A DNA stretch of 64,000 nucleotides, taken from Antechinus flavipes (taxonomy: Eukaryota). How positions within the stretch are numbered: position 1 is the stretch's first letter; the number at the start of each line of letters is the position of its first letter. The translations under genes and the position numbers were made by a program. Location of the stretch: NCBI RefSeq assembly GCF_016432865.1, contig NC_067400.1, positions 611,878,001 through 611,942,000 on the forward strand. The letters are read 5' to 3'. Below are positions 50,401 through 57,600 of the stretch, in pieces. The notes under the pieces were generated by a model. That model worked only from the letters and a program-made list of their open reading frames with translations. It was not told the origin of the DNA and searched no databases.

Positions 50401-53400
50401 NNNNNNNNNNNNNNNNNNNNNNNNNNNNNNNNNNNNNNNNNNNNNNNNNNNNNNNNNNNNNNNNNNNNNNNNNNNNNNACCAAAGTGGGGCAGGGCAGGT
50501 GGACCAAGAGACCAAGCCGCAAGGAGAAAAAAAGGAGCAAGAGGAGGGCGGGGCTGGGTTCCAGGGTCCAGAAGCCCCGTCGGCCCGGGGAGCCCTCCAT
50601 GTCTTACCAGAACCCTGCCAAACTGGCCCTGGTCCAGCCGGACATGGCCTCCGGGCACAAAGACCTCGACCCCTCTCGGGTGCCCGGCAGGCCCGGCGTT
50701 GAAGAGGACGCGGAAGGGGGTCAGGGGCTGCTCCCCGATTCGGCCGTAGCTCCTGAGGCCGCTGAGCAGATAGCTGCAGGAGCCAGAGAAGCGGTAGCGG
50801 TGGCCATCAAAGGTCTCGAAGTGGCCCGCGCCCGCGGCTCGGCAAGTACCGCTCCCGGCGGCCTGGCAGCCGCGCACGCCCCCCGTCACGGCGCAGTGCT
50901 CGCTGGGCCCGCAGCCCGCCTCTCGGCAGTGAGCCTGGCCCCCGCCGGCGGGGCACCAGCAGCGTCGGCCACAGCCCGGGCCCCTCCAAAGGGCTTCCCC
51001 GGGCGCCAGGAGCAGCCCCTCGAGGCGGCAGCCGCAGCCCGGGCCGTCGCGCCGCACGCACGTGGGGCCGCTGCGCACGAAGCCGGGGTCACAGGCGCAG
51101 GTCTCCAGGCAGGGCAGCGGGCACCGCTGGGGGGGGTCTCCCTCCCGGTCTGCACACGTGGCCGGGCAGGCGGAACCGCAGGGCTCATAGTGGCTGTTGG
51201 GTCCGCAAATCCGTGCTTCAGAGACAGAGGACACAAAGAGGGACGGGGATGAGTCCCTTCATCGCTCCCAGAGGCCCAAGAGCCGCGCGCCTCCGGCCTC
51301 CCATCACCCGGGGTCCGAGAGCCTCTGCCTGATTTCCTAGGACCCGCAACCCTCGGCCCCGCCACCGGCCCCGGACCCAGAATCCTCGGTTTCGGACGCG
51401 GAAGGAGTCTAGGAATAGCAGCCCACACTAGGGCTCCTTCACACTGGGCTTTAAGATGCGCCACAGTGACGGGACCGTTAAAGCTCCGCAGTTCAGGCCC
51501 TTCCTTGCTGGACAGCTCCGCTGCTGGGAGGCTGCTCTGGTAGCTGCAACTGCCTCCCTAATGCGCTGCCCCCGCCGGGTACTTCCTTCTCTGAGCCAAG
51601 ATCCTGCCTCCAACACTCTCAGGCCTGCGCCCCCACCCCCATCCCAAGCTTTCTCTTCTCCTGGCCAAAGAACCTTAGTTCCTCCAACTAATTCTTACAC
51701 AGTCATTTCCCCTGCCGGCCCTTCTAAAGCACGGCTCCTAAAATGAAAATACCCTTCTAGATGGGCTTGGAACAGGGCAGAGGGCAAAGGGGACCTCCTC
51801 ATCACTTGGCCTCCAGTGACCCAAGCACGATTTCCTGTTTGGACTGTTTTATTCCGCTCACACTTGGCTTGGTGTTACAATAGATAGAGGGGATCTGGAG
51901 TCAGGAGGACCTGAATTCAAATGTGACCACAGACACTTCCTAGCCGTGAGATCCTAGGCAGTCACTTAACCTGGTTTGCCTCAGTTTCCACAACTGTAAA
52001 ATGAGCTGGAGAAGGAAATGACAAACCCATCTAGTAGCTTCACCAAGGAAACCCTAAATGGGATCAGGAGAAGTCAGATATCACAGAAAAGTGACTAAAT
52101 AAAAATTAGCTGAAAGCCAATTTAACCCCACCAGACCTTTCACAGGATCTGACCTCCTGTTGGACTTGTTCTATTCTGCAATTGGGAAGCTGACTTTTTG
52201 AACCTAAGTCAAGGACTTCAGGTTTCATTCATTATTTTATTAAATGTAAATTTAATATTATCAGATTGGCCCCAGAATTCTAACTTGTTGCCTGGTTAGC
52301 TTAAGTTTTTAATATCCAGAATCTCTCCTATCTCTCAGCTTTGTGTCATCTGCAAACTTAATGAAAAAGAAAGGATGTGAAGGAGAGGGGAGATAGAGAT
52401 ATAGAGGAAAAGAGAAAAGGAGAACAGACTAGGAAAACAAAAAGAGGGAAGGACCCAAATTAATGCACAAATGTTAATCTCTGTTTTATATTATCTGCAA
52501 ATTTAATGAAAAAGAAAGGAAGTGAAGGAGAAGAGGGGGAGATAGAGCTATAGAGACCCCAAATTAACCCACAAATATTATTAGCATTTTATACAAAAGT
52601 AAAAACCTAGAAAGAAGTAATAATAGAAACTATTTAAAGTAACTTTAAAGTGCATAAATAATTAGGAGTTTTACCTACTTAGAAACATTCAAGATTCATA
52701 TAAATATAACTATAGAACCCTTTATAGGAAGAGAAATAATTGGAGAAATATTCGTGACGCATGGGAGATAGGAAGGAGAGGAGACTGGGAAGAGGAAGAT
52801 GGGGAAGTAACCCTCGGAGCTTTTTTGCCATCTAAAACTTTGATAGGCATCCCATAAATTCTTTCATTCAAGTCACTTGAGTACTAAGAAGCTGGCCACT
52901 TCCCTCCTGGTCCAGGTCAAAGGAAGTCCCGCCCACTACTTAGGATCCACTGCCCACTGGCTCAAGGCAAATCCTAGTTTCCTTAGCCCGACCTAATTGG
53001 CCTTGCATCCCAAAAGATCCCAAGGTCCAGGATCACGATATATTTGTGCCAAGACCCCCGTGCACTTACAGCAATAGGTCACGAGCCTCCAGAGGCCCAG
53101 GGGTACTGCCTCCCGCTGACAGGCATGGGCATACGTCTCCAGCTCTCGACAAATCACCGGTCTATAGCCAGGAAAGGCACAAGCCACTTCCAGGCAACTG
53201 AGTACAAAGGGCTTGGGGTCCAGGAGCGGGTGGCAATTTCCAAAGGGGCCCTTCGGGTTTTCCATGAGCATACACGCTCTCATCTCCTGCCCCCCAGGTC
53301 TCAAAGTGCACTGAGACCTCCACTGTGAGTAGCAGGGGTCATCCTTCGGCTCCAAGGCCCAAGCTTGGGCAAAAAGTCTGACAGAGGCAGAGGAACCAGA

Positions 53401-56400
53401 TATCCCAGGGCTCGAATCCAGGATAGGGCCCTGCTGTGTGAGGCTCAGGTCATCTGCTGGATTCCCGTTAAAGTTCCCACAGAGGCCCCGAACATGGCCC
53501 CAGTACCCACCAGACACTTTAAGAGACAAGGCTTGCTGCCAGTCATAGATCAGGCGGAAAGCAATCTGAGGTCCCAGTCCCATGCTGGTCCCAACTCTTA
53601 CCCTTGCCTTGGCTCCTGTTGCAATCTCTGATATGGTCCAGCTACTTGACGGTACCTCTGCCCCTGTCTGGGCTATAGTCCCAGATCCTGTTGTTTCTTG
53701 TGTCTTGGTTTCAGTCCAAGTCCCAGCCCCTGCTATGGGCTCAGTATCAGTCCCTATCCAAGGCTCAGACCCTGACTCGGGGGAAGCCCCGGCAGCTGTC
53801 CATGTCTCGGGCCTGATTCCTGCCCCTGCATTAACTGCAGCCTCTTCCATGGCTGTGGTCCCTGTCCCCGTCCAGAATCTGGACCCTGTCTCTTGCCCTG
53901 TCACTGTGGTCCCAATTCCTGACCCGGTTACTGCCTCAGCCTGGACCTCAGCCCACAGCTCAGTCCCGCGGTAGTAGAGTCGAAGCTTCCCGTTTGCCAG
54001 GATCACCGGTAGCCGGACTCTCTGCTGGTCGACCTGGGGGGAGACCCGTTTGTGAAGGACCCGAGAGCCTTCAGGAAGAGGGGCTGAGCAGGGGCTCTGG
54101 GGAGTCGTCCTAGTAAGGGACTGATTCCCTGCTCTCCGAGAAAGGAAGGGGAGCGGGTCACAGATACCTGGGAGGACAGACCGGACACCCAGGCCCTTAC
54201 CCTGACGAAGCCGTATTCGTTTTTGGCAGCAGTGATCATGTAGCCGAAAACACTCAGGGTGACGTGGCGGAAGGGCAGCTGGCCCCCGCTGCCACCAAAC
54301 CACACGTGGAAGGCTGGGAGCCCTGCTCCGGTGACTCCTTGAAGACAGCGACACACTATGTACGTACAGGCTCCTGGTACTGCAAAGGATTGCCCGTCGA
54401 AGGTGTGAAAGTAGGGGAGTCCCGAAGCCCAACAAGTCCCTGTGGCTGCAGCTTCAGACCCAGGCTCAGCTTCAGGAAAATCCTCAGCAACTATGATAAG
54501 ACCCAAGGTCAGATCCCCCCTCAGGAACCTTCATGGATTCCAGGCACAATTCCTCAATAGACGCCACTCCATACCCAAGCCCAGGTTCTGACACAGATCC
54601 CCCCAAGGACCCAATTTTGGATTGTGACACAAAGGCGGCAATGGGCCCAATCCCGGGTTCCAGTCCTGGCTGGTGCTCTGATTCAGACTCACCCAAGGGT
54701 CCACCCACAACAATAGGTCCTGGTATAGACTGCCCCAGGGCCTCTGCCACGGGCCCTGCTGCAGCCACAGTTTCCGAGATGGCCTCAGGTTTGCTCACAG
54801 CTCCTGAAGCTGCCACTTGCGCAGACAAAGGCTTAGACTCAATGACAGTCACAGGTTTGGCCACAGCTTTAGCCATAGCCCCTGGCAGCCTTTGGGGCAC
54901 ACACCGAGGGACGTTGTTCACCAGGCGACACGATGTACCCTTGCTGCAGAAATAATTCTTGCAGGTTGGGGAGTAGACAGAAGGATGCAGAAGAAAAGGA
55001 TGCGGGGGAGGCCGTGGCGATGGGGGCTGGGAATGAGGGAAGCGGTCGGGGAGGGGCAGAGTGAGGGAGTCCACTTGGGGAAGGGTCTTGGGCTGAGGGT
55101 GGGGCAGAGAGAAGAACCCAGAGAGGGGATCGGGATCTGACATCTGTGGAGAGTGAACCAAGGAGCTGAAAGCTTGCAGATGTTCCGAAAGAGTCCTAGT
55201 TTGGAGAACTGTCAGGGAGGAGAGGAAACAGCTGGAGGGAGAGTGGGATCCAGGTGCCCAATTAAAAGCTCCTCTGCCTATCGGGATTGTGCACCCCAAA
55301 CCCTCAGAGACACAGAGTCCCGCAGGGGCTGGGCTCCTCACCTCCCCATGGGACTCAGATATCCCCTCCCTTCCTAGTTCCCAGCCCCTGTGGGCTCACC
55401 TCTCCCTGGGACTCAGATGTCCCCTCCCCACCAAGTTTCCAGCCTCTGAGGGCTCCTCACCTCCCCGTGGGACTCAGCAGTCCCTTCTCTCGCAGTCCCC
55501 AGCCCCCATGGGCTCCCCACTTCCCACTGGGACTCGGCCCAGCCCTAGCCTCTCCATAGGCTGGGAGCCCGGCTCACCAGTCGGCCTCTCTGCCTGCGTT
55601 CCAAAGCCAGAGTTCGCTGAGGTCCCGCAGCTGAGGACCCCTATGACTTGGCCCCTGAGAGTCTCCAGCCGGTGGCTGCCTTTGTCTCCAGTGCCAAAGG
55701 GGACCTCCGCCCAGGAGAAGTTTTCGTTTCCACAGGGAATGAGCCGCCAGGTCAAGTGGGTCAGCGGCCGCTTATCCAGCAGCACCGAGCCCGGCACGGG
55801 ACCCTCTCCGGAGGCCACGAGCAGCGCCACGTTGGAGAAGCCCGGCAGCTCAATCAGGGAGAAGCTGGAGCCGTAGGAGTCCTCGGACGGCACCTGCGCA
55901 AACCAGGGGTCGTAGACCACGCCCTGCCGAGACCCAACCCCGGCCAAGAACAGCACCTGGAGCTCCACCGAGGACTGGAGCGCAAGGGGCCTGCGCCAGT
56001 CCACCTGGAACCGCAGGACCCGGCCGGGATCCAGCAGCCGCTTGCCCCGGGTCCCGCCCCTCCAGAAGTCCAGGTGGCCCTCGCTGTCCGCCACGACGTA
56101 GACGTAGTCGGAGGAGCTTTTCGTCCCGGGATCCCGCGTGGCAAAGGGAGGCACGGCGTAGACGCGGCCCCAATGGCCCGCGGGCAGCAACTGCTCGCAC
56201 ACAAGCTTGCAGTCGCGGCCCGCGGGCAGGCAGCTGTGGCCCGCGATCAGCGCCACGGGGTGCTCGGCGCTCACCACGGTCCCCGACAGGTTCCTTTCGC
56301 TTTGCACCTGCACCGCCCCGAAGGGCTCCAGGACGACGTCCAGGGGCTGTCTGGCCTCGTGGGTCACGTTGTCCAGAATCACGAGGCCCGGGGCGATCAT

Positions 56401-57152
56401 CCGGACGTGCGTGGGCTGCGGCCCCGCCACCACAGCAAACTCCTTGTACCGGTCCCAGTCCCGCAGCGCCGGCGTGACGACGATGTAGCGCCTGCCCAGC
56501 TGCTCGCAGGGCAAAACGTGCGCGGTGTCCTGGGAGCGCGGCCGGGAGTTCACGGCCAGTACGGACACCTCCAGCGACGACGTGACCCGCACGGCGCCGA
56601 TGCTTGTTCCCGAGCCGCGCAGCTCCACGCTCGATGGCAGCTTTACGCACAGCGTGCGCCCGGGCTCCAGGTTCAGCTCCTGGCGGAAGGCGGCCCCCGG
56701 AGCCACCACGAGCACCTGGGCCTGCTTCTGCTCCGAATCCATCACCTTCTGCGCCCAGGACACGCACAGGCGGAAGTCTGGCTCCGCCGGACCCCCATTC
56801 TGCAGAAAGGCCGTGAGGAAGCAGCGGCCCGCCGAGCCCCAGGCCGAACCTGGCGGAGAATGCGGAGAGAGCCGGGTCGAGTCCCGGGGGCAGCCCTCCC
56901 AGCCAGCATCCTGCCGCACGTCCAACTCCGCCGCCGGCTTCCCGATCTCACCTCCTCTGGCTCTGATCCAGAGCCCTAACCCACCGCCTCAGGTCCGAGC
57001 CAGCGACTCCCTACCCTAGAAGCTCATTGCTCAGAAGGAGCTCTCCAAGCTCAATTGCTCCGCCACCCCTTGTCTCAGAGGTCCCTTCCTTAACACTCAC
57101 CCAGCGGGAGCCAGAGGTAGATGAAGAGCAGGGTGGGTAGACAGGCAGCCAT
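29416..57152 (-). CDS. FCGBP: IgGFc-binding protein-like (FCGBP family) secreted VWD-C8-TIL protein, 19 coding exons, ~2,968 aa; ortholog or paralog status unresolved
   Basis: Signal peptide, IgGFc-binding N-domain ([30 protein letters not shown]), six VWD domains with C8/TIL modules, and an FCGBP-type terminal VWD. All exons are GT-AG, phase-consistent and stop-free (8,907 nt total). Confidence 0.9.
30437..30726 (-). CDS. FCGBP-like exon: terminal VWD6 second half
   Basis: [22 protein letters not shown]; 290 nt, phase 0-2; donor TG|GTGAGG. Confidence 0.88.
30926..31330 (-). CDS. FCGBP-like exon: Cys-rich module and terminal VWD6 first half
   Basis: [33 protein letters not shown]; 405 nt, phase 0-0. 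Confidence 0.9.
32841..33027. mobile_element. hAT (Charlie-group, OC1/OposCharlie-like) non-autonomous MITE, 187 bp
   Basis: TIRs CTGGGGTCCTCAAACT and AGTTTGAGGACCCCTG (15/16 match); flanks ATCTACAA and ACTAGAAG resemble a decayed 8 bp xTCTAGAx TSD. Confidence 0.8.
34498..34630 (+). mobile_element. WSINE1-like SINE
   Basis: GGAGCAGCTAGATGGCGCA..AAGTCAGGAGGACCTGAGTTCAAATCC..CCCCAATTGCCTCAGC plus an A-tail. Confidence 0.85.
36484..36693 (+). repeat. 108 bp tandem duplication of an L2-like 3' end
   Basis: CTGAAATGAACATATTTCCTTTCTTAGG...TAGGTGCTTAATAA at 36484 and 36592. Confidence 0.9.
39264..39385 (-). mobile_element. WSINE1-like SINE
   Basis: Reverse complement of the WSINE1-type sequence. 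Confidence 0.8.
39549..39748 (-). CDS. FCGBP-like exon: TIL
   Basis: [36 protein letters not shown]; 200 nt, phase 1-0. Confidence 0.92.
40560..41990 (+). mobile_element. CR1/L3 LINE remnant (endonuclease start and 3' region)
   Basis: [32 protein letters not shown] at ~40600-40710; GAAAGATCTGGGGATTTTAGTGGACCACAAGCTCAA at ~41533. Confidence 0.75.
42141..42261 (+). mobile_element. WSINE1-like SINE, GC-shifted copy
   Basis: Same scaffold as the other copies, with many A/T to G/C changes. Confidence 0.8.
42507..43056 (-). CDS. FCGBP-like exon: VWD5 second half and C8
   Basis: [20 protein letters not shown]; 550 nt, phase 0-1. Confidence 0.92.
43580..44160 (-). CDS. FCGBP-like exon: TIL and VWD5 first half
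   Basis: [40 protein letters not shown]; 581 nt, phase 1-0. Confidence 0.92.
44744..45281 (-). CDS. FCGBP-like exon: VWD4 second half and C8
   Basis: [40 protein letters not shown]; 538 nt, phase 0-1. Confidence 0.9.
46070..46722 (-). CDS. FCGBP-like exon: TIL and VWD4 first half
   Basis: [32 protein letters not shown]; 653 nt, phase 1-0. Confidence 0.9.
47093..47234 (-). CDS. FCGBP-like exon: Cys-rich (VWC-like) module
   Basis: [44 protein letters not shown]; 142 nt, phase 0-1. Confidence 0.88.
47324..47523 (-). CDS. FCGBP-like exon: TIL
   Basis: [33 protein letters not shown]; 200 nt, phase 1-0. Confidence 0.9.
47780..48314 (-). CDS. FCGBP-like exon: VWD3 second half and C8
   Basis: [24 protein letters not shown]; 535 nt, phase 0-1. 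Confidence 0.92.
48660..49228 (-). CDS. FCGBP-like exon: TIL and VWD3 first half
   Basis: [32 protein letters not shown]; 569 nt, phase 1-0. Confidence 0.92.
49434..49995 (-). CDS. FCGBP-like exon: VWD2 second half and C8
   Basis: [24 protein letters not shown]; 562 nt, phase 0-1. Confidence 0.92.
50608..51215 (-). CDS. FCGBP-like exon: TIL and VWD2 first half
   Basis: [34 protein letters not shown]; 608 nt, phase 1-0. Confidence 0.92.
51895..52100 (+). mobile_element. MAR1/MIR-like CORE-SINE
   Basis: GGAGTCAGGAGGACCTGAATTCAAAT..CTCAGTTTCC..TGTAAAATGAGCTGGAGAAGGAAATG.. Confidence 0.75.
53070..54033 (-). CDS. FCGBP-like exon: VWD1 second half with a large insert, plus C8
   Basis: [35 protein letters not shown]; 964 nt, phase 0-1. 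Confidence 0.88.
54201..54490 (-). CDS. FCGBP-like exon: VWD1 first half
   Basis: [21 protein letters not shown]; acceptor tcatag with a CTGAC branch point; donor AGG|GTAAGG. Confidence 0.8.
54693..55136 (-). CDS. FCGBP-like exon: Pro-rich linker, Cys-rich (follistatin-like) module, Ala/Val/Pro linker
   Basis: [24 protein letters not shown]; donor TGG|GTGAGT at 54693; the acceptor is uncertain (55136 or 55073). Confidence 0.65.
55331..55545. repeat. ~60 bp degenerate tandem repeat, ~3.5 copies, in an FCGBP-like intron
   Basis: GGGCTC(CT)CACCTCCCC.TGGGACTCAG at 55331, 55392, 55450, 55510. Confidence 0.8.
55578..56849 (-). CDS. FCGBP-like exon: IgGFc-binding N-terminal domain
   Basis: 1,272 nt, phase 1-1, inside ORF 55474-56925. 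Confidence 0.92.
57101..57152 (-). CDS. FCGBP-like coding exon 1: signal peptide
   Basis: [18 protein letters not shown]|gtgagt; good Kozak (GGCATGG); acceptor ...ctctcccccag two bases upstream of the ATG. Confidence 0.85.
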
Positions 57153-57426
57153 GCCTGGGGGAGAGGGAGGAGGATTAAGAAGACGCTCTTCCACTGGACT
57201 TATTCCCCGAATGACTGAACCTAGCTCGCAGCTCTCTAGTTGGGACCCTCCCCCTATCCCGAGTTAGAGCCCTCCCCCTATTCCGAGTTAGAGCCCTCCC
57301 CCTATCCCGAGAAGCATCCCTCTTAGACCCTCCCAGCTGCCCCTAAAAAGAAGGGCCAAACTGCCAGCATCCCGCTCCATAGCCGAAAGGGTAAAGGACT
57401 GGCCTAGACGAGGGCTGGAGCCCCAC

Positions 57427-57600
57427 CTGTCCGGGGAGCCTGGCTGGGGCTGCTCCTTCAGCGGAAGGATTTATACTTCTCCGCACTCGGGTCCAGCACC
57501 GGGTCCCCAGCCCCACCCTTTCCCTACACGGATGTCCCTATTAATGCTGGCTCCTGGCAGGCCAGGGTCGGTAATTAGCCTTAATGAGCTTAAATTACCA
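57427..57600 (-). promoter_or_regulatory. FCGBP-like TATA promoter with a ~19 nt non-coding first exon
   Basis: TATAAAT on - at 57475-57469; CA initiator at 57445; donor CAG|GTGGGG at 57427; intron 57155-57426 ends in a strong pyrimidine tract. Confidence 0.7.

Noticed and set aside
42436-56979. Long + strand ORFs antisense to FCGBP-like exons (e.g. 55648-56979, 43619-44437)
   Set aside because: They are shadows of GC-rich coding sequence with no recognisable domains or splice support.
29416-57152. FCGBP-like locus as a pseudogene
   Set aside because: All exons are stop-free and phase-consistent. The one apparent frameshift is removable by a canonical intron, and cysteine losses are paired. 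Expression is still unproven.
29416-57152. Identity as zonadhesin, alpha-tectorin, otogelin or a gel-forming mucin
   Set aside because: There is no MAM, NIDO, ZP, cystine-knot or TM domain; it has the IgGFc-binding N-domain and FCGBP-type exon layout and terminal VWD.
57288-57380. 30-codon uORF in the FCGBP-like leader
   Set aside because: It lies inside the predicted 5'UTR intron (57155-57426), so it would be spliced out.
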